Of a stretch of 64,000 nt of DNA, positions 29,331-41,647 are shown piece after piece; the stretch's first letter is position 1; each line of letters opens with the position of its first letter. The notes under the pieces are model-generated. The model saw nothing but the letters and a program-made list of their open reading frames with translations, searched no databases and had not been told where the DNA came from. Source of the stretch: Patescibacteria group bacterium (GTDB lineage: Bacteria > Patescibacteriota > Minisyncoccia > Phycocordibacterales > Phycocordibacteraceae). The DNA is taken from assembly GCA_038064695.1 (NCBI GenBank), contig JBBTSO010000004.1:15792-79791 (forward strand), read 5' to 3'. The translations under genes were made by a program, and so were the position numbers.

Positions 29331-29970
29331 AAAAATTAGTATCCAGTATCCAGTATCCAGTATCCAGGGAAACGCAAAAGCGGGACGTTTTTCATACTCA
29401 ATACTCTCTACGGGGTTTCACTTCGACCAGAGAGGGAGAAAATGAAAACGAGTTTTCATTTTTCCCGAACGCCGTCGAAGCAAAAGCGCAACGCGCTTTT
29501 ACGCTGATAGAAACATTGGTGGCTATTTCTATTCTCCTTCTTTCGCTCGCTGCTCCACTTTCCATTGCGGCACAATCACTACGCTCTGCCTATTACGCAC
29601 GAGATCAAATCACCGCGTTCTATCTTGCACAAGAGGCCGTGGAGTACGTGCGGGCGGTGCGTGACCAGAATTACCTCGGCGGTATTCCATGGCTCACGGG
29701 GATTGAAGATTGTGTTGATACAACGTGCGCGGTTGATTTCACCAACTTTAGTCATGAAGTGTGCGCAGGTGACTGCCCACTCCTTTTGCTTGGAAACACC
29801 TCAGGTCTCTTTAACCTAAGTTCAGGAGACCCAACGATCTATCGTCGCACCTTGGAAATAAACTCCATCGAAGGAATATCGGACGAGGTGACCGTGTTGG
29901 TTCGTGTCTCGTGGCAGAGCGGAAAAATAGAACGAGAGTTTGAAGTTCAAGAACAACTCTTTAATTGGCT

Positions 29971-29974
<4 letters not shown>
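29327..29974 (+). CDS. pseudopilin / minor pilin 3 with heptamer-repeat leader
   Basis: AFTLIETLVAISILL motif. The same 5' element is present, and there is no alternative in-frame start before the prepilin helix. Confidence 0.5.
29338..29407 (+). repeat. heptamer tandem-repeat element copy 2: (AGTATCC)x4 - spacer - (ATACTCA)x2
   Basis: agtatcc x4 at 29338-29365; atactca, atactct at 29394-29407. Confidence 0.9.
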
Positions 29975-32627
<2,653 letters not shown>

Positions 32628-32651
32628 TTTTGTTACGATGCCTGTACGAAT

Positions 32652-32948
32652 ATGGCTATTTCAAAAGACGAGGTAAAAAAACTTGCAGAGCTCTCTCGTT
32701 TGGAACTCACTGATGCCGAGGTTGAAAAAATGCAACACGATATAGACGCGGTAATTTCCTACGTTGATACGTTGCAAACGGTAGACCTCCCTGAAGTCCC
32801 CGAAGGCACCATTTACTTTGATGAGGTAAACGTGATGCGTGAAGACGGTGACGCACTCCCTGGAGACGCGTTTACTGACGCGCTTCTTGCTCAGGCGCCG
32901 CGTCGTCAGGGGCGATTCGTGAAAGTGAAAAAAATTCTTGGCTCATAA
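32652..32948 (+). CDS. gatC: aspartyl/glutamyl-tRNA amidotransferase subunit C
   Basis: 98 aa; MAISKDEVKKLAELSRLELTDAEVEKM is the classic GatC N-terminus. Directly precedes gatA. Confidence 0.8.
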   Translation: MAISKDEVKKLAELSRLELTDAEVEKMQHDIDAVISYVDTLQTVDLPEVPEGTIYFDEVNVMREDGDALPGDAFTDALLAQAPRRQGRFVKVKKILGS

Positions 32949-34359
32949 TATGGATACAAAAAAACTTTCAGCTAAAGCAATCGCCGAAGGCATACGAACA
33001 AAGCAGTTTTCTGCTGTTGAAGTGACTCGCGCGTACTTAAAAAATATTGAAGCACAAAATACCACGCTCAATGCGCTCCTTGAGGTGTTTGATGATGCTG
33101 AAAAAAATGCCGCGCGCGTTGATGAACTCATTGCAAAAGGAGAAGTGACTTCGCCGCTCTCAGGTGTGCCTATGGTGGTTAAAGATAATATTTTAATTGA
33201 GGGGAAAATAGCGAGCGCGGCGTCTCGTATGCTCGCCACTCACCGAGCGCCGTATGACGCGACCGCAATTTCAAAATTAAAAAAAGCGGGAGTTGTTTTT
33301 TTAGGGAGAGCAAATATGGACGAATTTGCGATGGGTTCTTCAACGGAAAATTCCGCGTACGGTCCAAGTAAAAATCCGTTTGATGTTACGCGTGTCCCTG
33401 GAGGATCTTCGGGCGGGTCTGCGTCAGCAGTTGCGGCCGACCTTGTTCCTGTTTCGCTTGGGTCTGAGACGTGTGGTTCTATTCGTCAGCCCGCATCACT
33501 CTGTGGATTGGTTGGTTTGAAACCGACGTACGGCGCTATTTCGCGGTACGGTTTGATTGCGATGGGTTCTTCGCTTGATCAAATTGGTCCACTTTCTCAT
33601 ACCGTGGATGACAGCGAATTACTTTTTGAAGCGATGAAGGGTCACGACGATATGGATAGCACGAGTTTACCCGACGACGGAGAAGTGGCGACGCCAAAGA
33701 ATAAAAAAATTGGAATTCCTCGTGAGTTTGTAAAAGACGCGGCACCCGCAGTGCAAGAGGTATTTGAAAAATCGCTCGCGACACTCCGTGAGCGCGGGTA
33801 TGAAATTGTAGATATTGAATTTCCCTCAGCACCGTTTGGACTTGCCGCGTACTACATCGTGATGCCCGCAGAAGTGTCTACCAACCTTGCACGACTCGAT
33901 GGAGTTCGCTACGGGTTGCACGTGGAGGGGAAGGACCTGTTGGACGAGTATAAAAAATCGCGCCGCGAAGGATTTGGTCCAGAAACGCGCCGTCGCATCA
34001 TTCTTGGCGCGTACGTACTTTCTTCAGGGTACTACGATGCCTATTATCGACGAGCAACGGCGCTCCGTAGCGTTATTGCCAAAGATTTAGAGCGAGCATT
34101 TGCAGACGTTTCATACATCGCAACTCCGACGACGCCAAACGCGGCATTTAAAATTGGTGAGAAGAGCGACCCGCTTTCTATGTACCTTGAAGACGTGTTT
34201 GCCGCGCCAGCAAACTTAACGGGTATTCCTGCTATTTCTGTTCCGCATCAAACGATTGTGCGCGACGGAGTAACCCTTCCTGTAGGGATTCAATTTATGA
34301 GTCCGAAGCGCACTGAAAAAACACTCTTTACTATTGCGCGCGATTTGATGGAGGGGTAA
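32938..34359 (+). CDS. gatA: aspartyl/glutamyl-tRNA amidotransferase subunit A
   Basis: Amidase signature GGSSGGSASAVAA; 473 aa. Confidence 0.9.
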   Translation: MAHNMDTKKLSAKAIAEGIRTKQFSAVEVTRAYLKNIEAQNTTLNALLEVFDDAEKNAARVDELIAKGEVTSPLSGVPMVVKDNILIEGKIASAASRMLATHRAPYDATAISKLKKAGVVFLGRANMDEFAMGSSTENSAYGPSKNPFDVTRVPGGSSGGSASAVAADLVPVSLGSETCGSIRQPASLCGLVGLKPTYGAISRYGLIAMGSSLDQIGPLSHTVDDSELLFEAMKGHDDMDSTSLPDDGEVATPKNKKIGIPREFVKDAAPAVQEVFEKSLATLRERGYEIVDIEFPSAPFGLAAYYIVMPAEVSTNLARLDGVRYGLHVEGKDLLDEYKKSRREGFGPETRRRIILGAYVLSSGYYDAYYRRATALRSVIAKDLERAFADVSYIATPTTPNAAFKIGEKSDPLSMYLEDVFAAPANLTGIPAISVPHQTIVRDGVTLPVGIQFMSPKRTEKTLFTIARDLMEG

Positions 34360-34388
34360 GAGAATTTTTCTTGATACTATAGAGAGGA

Positions 34389-35069
34389 ATGGACTGGCTA
34401 CACTTTTTAAACCTTCAGTTTTGGTATTGTGTCATTTACTCACTCTTCGGAGGGGAGTGTACCTATGTAAACGAAAATGGTGAAGTGGTTCCGGTGGTAC
34501 AAGCGCCGCCGACAGAACAGGTTGGTTTTTTTGAATCTATAGTGAACGCATTTTCTTCAGGGGGGAGCGCGGTGTGGGATTCAGTTTCCGGTGTACTTTT
34601 TTTTCTGTGGGACGCGTTCAGCGCGCTCTCGTGGACATTCTCCACGTTACTTTTCATTGCTATCCTTGCAACGCTTGGAGGATTGGCATGGGTTCGTTTT
34701 CGTGAACTCTCTCAGTACGGAGTGCTTCCTCCTAAAACCGAAGCTGAGCGTGCGATGCGTGATCAATGGAATGAGCTTCTTGAGGGAGCACTCTCTTCTG
34801 ACCCTAAGGAGTGGCGCGAATCAATTCTCGCCGCTGACCGTATGCTCGGCGACCTTCTTGGAGCACTCGGTATTCAAGGCGCGACTACCCCAGACAAAAT
34901 GCGTATGCTTCCTGAAGACGCGTTTCAAACAGTGCCCCAAGCGTGGGAAGCACACCGCGTGCGAAATTTTATTTCAAGCGGTGCCTCTGATTTTATTTTG
35001 ACGCAACGCGAAGCGTTTCGCGTGATGAAGCTCTATGAGCAAGTTTTTGAAGAGCATCGGTATATTTAA
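34389..35069 (+). CDS. hypothetical membrane protein
   Basis: 226 aa; two or three TM helices followed by a soluble helical domain. Confidence 0.4.
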   Translation: MDWLHFLNLQFWYCVIYSLFGGECTYVNENGEVVPVVQAPPTEQVGFFESIVNAFSSGGSAVWDSVSGVLFFLWDAFSALSWTFSTLLFIAILATLGGLAWVRFRELSQYGVLPPKTEAERAMRDQWNELLEGALSSDPKEWRESILAADRMLGDLLGALGIQGATTPDKMRMLPEDAFQTVPQAWEAHRVRNFISSGASDFILTQREAFRVMKLYEQVFEEHRYI

Positions 35070-35184
35070 AAAAGTTGATAGTGGTTAGTGGTCGGTGGTT
35101 AGCATAGTAAACCTTGAAACAATTAGAAAAAAGAGTAGAATAGTCTTACCTAGAAACTAGCCACTAGTATCTAGCAACTAGTAT

Positions 35185-35255
35185 AGCGGGGTAGAGGAGA
35201 GGTACCTCGGGAGGCTCATAACCTCCAGACCCTGGTTCGATTCCAGGCCCCGCAA
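35185..35255 (+). tRNA. tRNA(CAU) - Met / initiator-like, A1-A72 mismatch, no encoded CCA
   Basis: AGCGGGG-TA-GAGG-AGAGGTA-CCTC-G-GGAGG-CTCATAA-CCTCC-AGAC-CCTGG-TTCGATT-CCAGG-CCCCGCA-A. Anticodon CAU. The 1-72 pair is mismatched, a feature usually seen in bacterial initiator tRNAs. Confidence 0.7.
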
Positions 35256-35260
35256 CAAAC

Positions 35261-35288
35261 AAAAAAAGCACCGCAAGGTGCTTTTTTG
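35261..35288 (+). terminator. intrinsic terminator after tRNA(CAU)
   Basis: aaaaaaagcacc-gcaa-ggtgcttttttg. Confidence 0.7.
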
Positions 35289-35434
35289 ATTGTAGACGGG
35301 GCAGCAAGACAAAAGTTTGTCTTGCGTCTAGAATCGAACGGGAGGGGGTCGGGGAACGGGAGTTCCCCGTATAGGAAGGCAGGACGAAGTCCGTTGGAAA
35401 ACCGTTGGTTTCCAAAGAGTGAGATAGCAAAGCG

Positions 35435-35453
35435 TCCAGGCCCCGCAACAAAA
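35435..35453 (+). repeat. direct repeat of the tRNA(CAU) 3' end, 180 nt downstream of it and followed by a second terminator
   Basis: tccaggccccgcaacaaaa versus tccaggccccgcaacaaac at 35241-35259. Terminator aaaaaacgccgcgaggcgttttttctg at 35455-35487. Confidence 0.6.
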
Positions 35454-35507
35454 TAAAAAACGCCGCGAGGCGTTTTTTCTGTTTTTTATGGTACCGTAGC
35501 AGTAATT

Positions 35508-36230
35508 ATGCAAGCACTGATTCTCGCCGCGGGGAAGGGAACGCGAATGCGGCCGCTCACTGACGACAGGCCAAAACCGATGGTGCACCTTTTAGGGAAG
35601 CCAATTCTCGCGCACGCTATTGAGTGCTTACCAAAAGAAATTACTGAGGTGGTGGTGGTTATCGGGTACCACGGGGAAAAAATTAAAGAATACTTCGGGT
35701 CTTCGTATAACGAAAGAGCAATTTCATACGTTGAGCAACGTGAAAACAAAGGCCCTGCTCACGCGCTCTTCACGGCGCGTGAAGCTCTCACCTCAGACCC
35801 GTTTTTACTTGCTGCAGGTGACAATGTAAATGTGTTTTCAATTCCGTCATACATACACCCCGGCTCGTACGTACTCTACGTGCACTCGCACCAAGAGCCA
35901 TACCGTTTTGGAGTAGTGGAGTTAACTGAAGACGGAAAACGGGTAAAAAATATAGAAGAGAAACCAGAAAGCCCTGCGTCTAACCTCATCAGCACGGGAA
36001 CTATGATTTTAGGGAAAGATGTATTTAACCTTTCGCTTACTCTTCACAAAGAGCGAGGAGAATATTTTATGCCTCCGGTCGTGATGCAGGCAGTTTCGGA
36101 AGGAATCCCGGTGTCTGTTGAAGAACAGACGTTGTGGATAGGGGTTGATTCGCCAGGAGATATACCTGTTGCGGAGCTTGAACTAGCGCGTTTTTTAGAA
36201 AAAAAAGGTTTGGGGAAAAACGACGCCTGA
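35508..36230 (+). CDS. sugar-phosphate nucleotidyltransferase
   Basis: N-terminal LILAAGKGTRMRPLT (GxGTRxxPxT) signature; 240 aa. Confidence 0.7.
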   Translation: MQALILAAGKGTRMRPLTDDRPKPMVHLLGKPILAHAIECLPKEITEVVVVIGYHGEKIKEYFGSSYNERAISYVEQRENKGPAHALFTAREALTSDPFLLAAGDNVNVFSIPSYIHPGSYVLYVHSHQEPYRFGVVELTEDGKRVKNIEEKPESPASNLISTGTMILGKDVFNLSLTLHKERGEYFMPPVVMQAVSEGIPVSVEEQTLWIGVDSPGDIPVAELELARFLEKKGLGKNDA

Positions 36231-36250
36231 TGGTATTATCAACATTATTG

Positions 36251-36324
36251 GTCGACATAGCTCAGATGGTTAGAGCGTGGGACTCATAAGCCCAAGGTCG
36301 GAGGTTCGATTCCTCCTGTCGACA
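36251..36324 (+). tRNA. tRNA(CAU) - elongator Met-like, G1-C72 paired, no encoded CCA
   Basis: GTCGACA-TA-GCTC-AGATGGTTA-GAGC-G-TGGGA-CTCATAA-GCCCA-AGGTC-GGAGG-TTCGATT-CCTCC-TGTCGAC-A. Confidence 0.8.
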
Positions 36325-36384
36325 CTCTTTTCAATCCACAAGATAAAAAATTGTGTTTTAAATTTTTTATGGTAGTCTTTTCCA

Positions 36385-37443
36385 ATGGGGGATATACCTA
36401 TTCCATTTGGCCTCACGTTTGATGATGTGCTCCTTGAGCCTCGCAAGACCTCTGTCATGCGAAACGAGGCTTCGGTCAAAACTCAGTTTTCAAAAAATAT
36501 AACCATTGATATTCCGCTTATTGCAGCGGCGTCTGACACTGTGAGTGAGCCCGCGCTCGCCATCGCGCTCGCCAAAGCCGGAGGCATCGCGGTACTTCAC
36601 CGTAACTGTAGTGTTGAAGACCAGCTTGCCATGGTACGCGAGGTAAAAAAGGCAGGAGTAAAAGTAGCAGCGGCAATTGGTCCCACTGATGTAGAGCGCG
36701 CGCGCCTCCTTGATGAAGCGGGGGTTGACGCGGTAGTGATGGACTGCGCGCATGCTCATGCTCCAGGTATTATTGAAGCAGCGAAGAAAATAAAATCATT
36801 TCTCAAAGCAGACTTTGTGGTGGGGAACATAGTGACCGCGGAGGCGGCGCGCGATTTTGCTCCGTACGCGGACGCGTTTAAAGTTGGCATCGGACCTGGT
36901 TCTATTTGCACTACGCGCATTGTGAGTGGTGTGGGAGTTCCCCAGCTCACCGCTATTCAAAATGTTGTTTCAGTTGCACACAAAAAACAAATTCCTGTTA
37001 TTGCGGACGGCGGTATTCGCGCCTCGGGAGATATGGTTAAAGCGTTTGCCATGGGAGCGTCATCAGTTATGCTCGGCTCGCTCTTTGCGGGAACCGAAGA
37101 AGCGCCTGGCGACGTCGTTGTCGTGTCGGGGAAAAAATATAAAGTGTATCGCGGGATGGGAAGCAAGGAGGCGCTAGAAAAACGCCACGCGGTTGATCGT
37201 TATGCGCAAGATGTGGGCAACCACACACCCGAAGGAATTTCAGGAATGGTCCCGTTTCGGGGCACGGTGAAAGAGTTCACGAATCAGATGGTGAATGGCA
37301 TACGGTCAGGAATGGGATACATAGGCGCGCCCACCATTTCCGATATTAAAAAGCAGGCGCGGTTTATTCGCATTACGTCTGCTGGACTTATGGAGTCGCA
37401 CCCCCACTCGCTCACCATGCGTCCGGAGCGCGAAGAACAATAG
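36385..37443 (+). CDS. IMP dehydrogenase / GMP reductase family protein (no CBS insert)
   Basis: Catalytic loop [14 protein letters not shown]-barrel length 352 aa. Sits beside add and guaA. Confidence 0.75.
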   Translation: MGDIPIPFGLTFDDVLLEPRKTSVMRNEASVKTQFSKNITIDIPLIAAASDTVSEPALAIALAKAGGIAVLHRNCSVEDQLAMVREVKKAGVKVAAAIGPTDVERARLLDEAGVDAVVMDCAHAHAPGIIEAAKKIKSFLKADFVVGNIVTAEAARDFAPYADAFKVGIGPGSICTTRIVSGVGVPQLTAIQNVVSVAHKKQIPVIADGGIRASGDMVKAFAMGASSVMLGSLFAGTEEAPGDVVVVSGKKYKVYRGMGSKEALEKRHAVDRYAQDVGNHTPEGISGMVPFRGTVKEFTNQMVNGIRSGMGYIGAPTISDIKKQARFIRITSAGLMESHPHSLTMRPEREEQ

Positions 37444-37444
37444 T

Positions 37445-38437
37445 ATGAATGCACTTAGTCCAAAAAAAGCAGAACTTCACACACATCTTGGCGCCGCGGT
37501 AGACCCCGTGGTCTTGTGGACTATCGCGCACCAACAAGGTATTCGTCTGCCTGTGCGCAACTATTGGGATTTTCAGAAAATGATCACCATGTCGGGTGAT
37601 AAAAAAAACGAATCACTCCACGCGATGGATAAAGATTTTTTCCACTGGACTGAACTTATTCAGTCGTCGCCCGAAGCACTTGAAATGTCGGTCCACTCAG
37701 TGATTGGGGGAGGGTATCGAAAATGTAATTTGACGCTCCAAGAACTTCGCTTTAACCCTATGCTCAGAAATCGTGCCGGTGAGCGTGACCTAGATCACAT
37801 TATTCTTGCGGCGCTGTGGGGTATGCGTCGCGCGGTTTTGGAATATCCGGAAGTAAAAGCGGGAGTTATTTTGATGATGGATAGGCGATTCTCACTTACG
37901 CAAAACGAAATTATTGTAGAAAAGGCAATTCGCTACATGAACGATGGCATCATCGGCGTTGACGTAGCGGGGCCTGACCACCCTACATTTTCTATGGAAG
38001 CGCACGCGCCACTGTTTGAGCGCGCACGAAACGCGGGGTTGGGAATTACGGTACACACGGGCGAAGTGGGCAACATTGATGAAATGGAGTACGTTATCAA
38101 GAACATTAAACCGGATCGCATCGGCCACGGCGTTATGGCTGCAGCACACCCACACCTCCTTGAGCTATTGCGTTCAAGTGGCATTACGCTTGAAGTGTGT
38201 CCTACCTCAAACTTACGAAATAGCGTTCTTCCTGACGTGGAGACGTTAAAACGCACACTACGCACGTTTATAGACAGTGGGGTCGCGTTCACTATAAACA
38301 CCGATGGACCGGAGATGTACCAGACCAATGTGCTCAACGAAGAAATGTTTCTGCAGTCAGAAGGAATTTTAAGTGAAGCAGAAGTTGCTACCTGCACCGA
38401 ACGCGCATTCAACGCGTCATTTATTAAAACATCGTGA
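37445..38437 (+). CDS. adenosine/adenine deaminase family protein
   Basis: ELHTHLGAA zinc-ligand motif near the N-terminus; HG..D; 330 aa. Confidence 0.7.
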   Translation: MNALSPKKAELHTHLGAAVDPVVLWTIAHQQGIRLPVRNYWDFQKMITMSGDKKNESLHAMDKDFFHWTELIQSSPEALEMSVHSVIGGGYRKCNLTLQELRFNPMLRNRAGERDLDHIILAALWGMRRAVLEYPEVKAGVILMMDRRFSLTQNEIIVEKAIRYMNDGIIGVDVAGPDHPTFSMEAHAPLFERARNAGLGITVHTGEVGNIDEMEYVIKNIKPDRIGHGVMAAAHPHLLELLRSSGITLEVCPTSNLRNSVLPDVETLKRTLRTFIDSGVAFTINTDGPEMYQTNVLNEEMFLQSEGILSEAEVATCTERAFNASFIKTS

Positions 38438-39978
38438 GCCCTATGAAACACGACTCAATTGCGGTTTTAGATTTTGGTTCTCAGTATAGCCACCTCATCG
38501 TACGCCGCATCAGAGAATTAGGTGTTCACGCTGAACTTCTCTCGCCGCACATGAAGGCAAGCGAACTAAAAGAGTACAAAGGAATTATTTTTTCAGGAGG
38601 ACCTCAAAACCTTTCTGACTCGGACGCGCTCATTGCCGACATCGCCATTTACGCGCTTCCCGTGCCTCTCTTGGGTATTTGCTACGGGTTGCAGTTGATG
38701 GCGCACCAGTTGGGGGGAAGTGTAGGTGCGGGGAAAGAACGAGAATATGGGCCTACCGACGTAACTATTACTGAAACTACAGGTTTATTTGCAGGACTCA
38801 ATGCCACCGAGCGCGTGTGGATGTCTCACGGAGATTATGTCGCAACAGTTCCCGAAGGATTTACGGTCACTGCATTTTCTCCCACGTGTCCGACCGCGGG
38901 GATGATGAATGAAAAAACGAAACGATATGGAATCCAGTTTCACCCCGAGGTGGTGCATACCAAAAACGGAATGCGCGTTCTTGAAAATTTTATTGCCATA
39001 ACGGGCGCGAACAAAACGTGGTCGCTCAATGAGGGATGGATTGAAGAACAGGTGTCACGCATCAGAACTCAGGTAGGGGATAGTCGCGTTTTGTGTGCGC
39101 TCTCGGGAGGCGTTGACTCTTCCGTCGCCGCATTTTTGGTGCACCGCGCGGTGGGGAGCCAGCTAACGTGTGTCTATGTAGACACGGGGTTAATGAGGAA
39201 GAACGAAACGCAGGAAGTACGTGATGCGTTTGCCGCTCTTCCCGACTTGGATTTTCGCGTCATAGAGGCCGAAAGCGTGTTTTTGGAAAAGCTAGCGGGA
39301 GTTACCGAGCCAGAAGAAAAAAGAAAAATTATTGGCGAAACGTTCATTCGCATTTTTGAGAAAGAGGCAAAAACCATTGGTGACGCAGAATTTTTAGTTC
39401 AAGGAACGCTCTACACTGACGTCATTACCTCGGGCGTTTCCGTAGGAGGTGTTGCGGCAAAAATAAAGTCTCACCACAACGTGGGCGGACTACCCAAGGA
39501 TCTTTCATTTTCATTGATTGAACCACTCCGCGACCTCTACAAAGATGAAGTTCGCATGCTCGGGCGTGCCCTCGGCGTTCCTCTCACTATCGTGGAGCGC
39601 CAACCGTTTCCTGGTCCAGGGCTTGCTGTTCGCATTATTGGAGACATCACTCCTGATCGTTTACATATTTTGCGCGAAGCAGACGCCATTTTTAGAGAAG
39701 AAATAAAAAATGCAAACCTCGGAAGTGCTATTCAGCAGTATTTTACGGTGCTCCCCGTCGTGCGTTCAGTGGGGGTGCAGGGGGACGCGCGTACCTATGG
39801 ATATCCCATTATTTTGCGTGCAGTTACCACAACCGACTTTATGACTGCCGACTGGGCGCGCATTCCGTACGAGGTGTTGGAAAAAATTTCAACGCGCATC
39901 ACGAACGAAGTAAAAGACGTTACCCGCGTGGTGTACGACATCACTCCCAAACCTCCCGGAACCGTAGAGTGGGAGTAG
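38434..39978 (+). CDS. guaA: GMP synthase (glutamine-hydrolysing)
   Basis: GATase domain (GICYGLQ catalytic Cys), PP-loop SGGVDSSV, C-terminal dimerisation domain. Confidence 0.9.
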   Translation: MSPMKHDSIAVLDFGSQYSHLIVRRIRELGVHAELLSPHMKASELKEYKGIIFSGGPQNLSDSDALIADIAIYALPVPLLGICYGLQLMAHQLGGSVGAGKEREYGPTDVTITETTGLFAGLNATERVWMSHGDYVATVPEGFTVTAFSPTCPTAGMMNEKTKRYGIQFHPEVVHTKNGMRVLENFIAITGANKTWSLNEGWIEEQVSRIRTQVGDSRVLCALSGGVDSSVAAFLVHRAVGSQLTCVYVDTGLMRKNETQEVRDAFAALPDLDFRVIEAESVFLEKLAGVTEPEEKRKIIGETFIRIFEKEAKTIGDAEFLVQGTLYTDVITSGVSVGGVAAKIKSHHNVGGLPKDLSFSLIEPLRDLYKDEVRMLGRALGVPLTIVERQPFPGPGLAVRIIGDITPDRLHILREADAIFREEIKNANLGSAIQQYFTVLPVVRSVGVQGDARTYGYPIILRAVTTTDFMTADWARIPYEVLEKISTRITNEVKDVTRVVYDITPKPPGTVEWE

Positions 39979-40002
39979 GTAGATGTTGCTATACTAGTTG
40001 CT

Positions 40003-40941
40003 ATGGAACTTTTTATATGGATAGGAGTTTTTTTAGCGGCACTCGTCGCGCTCATTAAGGGTGCCGATTGGGTATTGGAGAGCGCACAGAAAATTGGTCT
40101 TGCGCTCGGTATGGCACCGTTTTTGGTCGGAGTGGTTATTGTGGGGTTTGGGACCTCAACACCCGAGTTAGTATCATCACTTTTTGGTATGTGGCAAGGC
40201 GCAACCGAAATTCCCGTCGCAAACGCCGTAGGGTCAAACGTTGCCAATATTCTTCTCATCATTGGTCTTTCGGCGATTTTTTCAAGAGGTGCATTGGCGG
40301 TAAATAAAAACCTTATTGATTTAGAAATTCCGCTCCTTGTTCTCGTTACACTCTTTTTCTACGGCGTTGCGTATGACGGAGTAGTAACCATTGCCGAGTC
40401 AGTGTTTCTTCTTCTCGGCTTCGTCGTGTACCTACTCTATTCATTTTTTCACCGAGACGGAGTGGAGGAGAGTATCGTCACCGAAAAACCAAAGGTATCT
40501 ATAAAAGATATTGCGCTTCTTTTGGTAGGGTTTGTGTTTTTGATTGCGGGCGCCAAGTATTTAATTGACGCGGTGTTGGTGGTGTCAGAAATGGTAGGGA
40601 TTTCAGTGGGCATCATTACTATTCTTGCTGTAGCGGTGGGAACGTCGCTCCCTGAGTTGATTGTGTCTATTAAAGCCGCACTCGCCAAACAGGGTGAAAT
40701 TTCAGTGGGGAATATTTTTGGCTCCAATGTGTTTAATATACTTTTAGTGGTCGGCGTTTCTGGATTATTTGGGACACAAACGTTGGACGCAGCAACGATG
40801 ACGTACGCCCTACCTATGCTCTTGGTGGCCACGTTTGTCTTTATCATTTCAGGTATTTCAAAAAAGATTTACGTCTGGGAAGGCGCCTTCTACATCCTCA
40901 TCTACGCACTCTTTGTCGCCAAAATTTTTGGTTGGGTGTAA
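40003..40941 (+). CDS. Ca2+/Na+ antiporter (CaCA family)
   Basis: Two alpha-repeats GTSTPEL and GTSLPEL; 10 TM helices. Confidence 0.8.
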   Translation: MELFIWIGVFLAALVALIKGADWVLESAQKIGLALGMAPFLVGVVIVGFGTSTPELVSSLFGMWQGATEIPVANAVGSNVANILLIIGLSAIFSRGALAVNKNLIDLEIPLLVLVTLFFYGVAYDGVVTIAESVFLLLGFVVYLLYSFFHRDGVEESIVTEKPKVSIKDIALLLVGFVFLIAGAKYLIDAVLVVSEMVGISVGIITILAVAVGTSLPELIVSIKAALAKQGEISVGNIFGSNVFNILLVVGVSGLFGTQTLDAATMTYALPMLLVATFVFIISGISKKIYVWEGAFYILIYALFVAKIFGWV

Positions 40942-40959
40942 TTGAAAAAAGTGGCTTTT

Positions 40960-41146
40960 TAAGGTATCTTTTGGGAACGCAGTCGTATGAGTGGCAGCTT
41001 GCAGTCGTAAGCAAAGCTTCCATCTGCTGCGTTCGGGAAAAATAAAAATTTATTTTCATTTTCTCCCTCACTTGCAGTCGCAAGTGAAAGCTTGCGCCTG
41101 CATCATTCGGAGATAATAAATATAAATGTTATTATCCTCTTCATTC
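40960..41146 (+). repeat. leader of the tRNA-Asp gene containing three extra copies of GCAGTCG(T/C)A, the tRNA 5' end, and a 35-nt direct repeat
   Basis: cgcagtcgtatg at 40978, ttgcagtcgtaagcaaagcttcc at 41003, ttgcagtcgcaagtgaaagcttgcgcc at 41073, then the tRNA start at 41147. Confidence 0.5.
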
Positions 41147-41220
41147 GCAGTCGTAGCTCAACTGGTTAGAGCACCCGCCTGTCACGTGGGAGGTTGCGGG
41201 TTCAAGTCCCGTCGACTGCG
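41147..41220 (+). tRNA. tRNA-Asp (anticodon GUC)
   Basis: GCAGTCG ... CCCGC-CTGTCAC-GTGGG ... GCGGG-TTCAAGT-CCCGT-CGACTGC-G. Confidence 0.85.
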
Positions 41221-41228
41221 CACATTTT

Positions 41229-41257
41229 AAATCTCGCTTTGAAAAAGCGAGATTTTT
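41229..41257 (+). terminator. intrinsic terminator after tRNA-Asp
   Basis: aaatctcgcttt-gaaa-aagcgagattttt. Confidence 0.7.
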
Positions 41258-41445
41258 CGTTAGAATGTCGGGACGAGATAAGCGAACCTGCCTGGAAGCC
41301 TAGCGATGCTAGTCTTGCAACGGCGGCGCTCGAAGAGAATATACGCAAGCGTCTATTCTCCTTCTCGCTTGCTGTTGTATCGGGTATGATACAACAGCTT
41401 CACTCGGACGTCATGAAAGCTTGGCTTTCGCGACGCTGCTCGCTT

Positions 41446-41521
41446 GCCGTTGTAGCTCAGCTGGTAGAGCACTTCCATGGTAAGGAAGAGGTCCCCGGTT
41501 CAATCCCGGGCAACGGCTCCA
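41446..41521 (+). tRNA. tRNA-Thr (anticodon GGU), CCA encoded
   Basis: GCCGTTG ... CTTCC-ATGGTAA-GGAAG ... CCCGG-TTCAATC-CCGGG-CAACGGC-T-CCA. Confidence 0.85.
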
Positions 41522-41546
41522 GCTTTTCCATTTTTGGGAAAGTGTT

Positions 41547-41622
41547 GCCACCTTAGCTCAGTTGGTAGAGCAATTGCATCGTAAGCAATGGGTCCCCGGT
41601 TCAAGTCCGGGAGGTGGCTCCA
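41547..41622 (+). tRNA. tRNA-Thr (anticodon CGU), CCA encoded
   Basis: GCCACCT ... ATTGC-ATCGTAA-GCAAT ... CCCGG-TTCAAGT-CCGGG-AGGTGGC-T-CCA. Confidence 0.85.
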
Positions 41623-41647
41623 GAACAGTGCGATACACTGCCAGTAT

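Noticed and set aside
35291-35430. SRP (4.5S) RNA or 6S RNA in the structured segment after tRNA(CAU).
   Set aside because: No SRP domain IV motif (GGAA tetraloop with AGCA/GGAA symmetric loop) was found and the segment is too short for RNase P. I left it as an unclassified structured element or att scar.
41588-41647. Track ORF start for prfB at 41588, and minus-strand ORFs 41500-41745 and 41558-42067.
   Set aside because: They overlap tRNA-Thr(CGU) at 41547-41622 or are antisense to prfB. The ATG at 41648 gives a canonical RF2 N-terminal helix.
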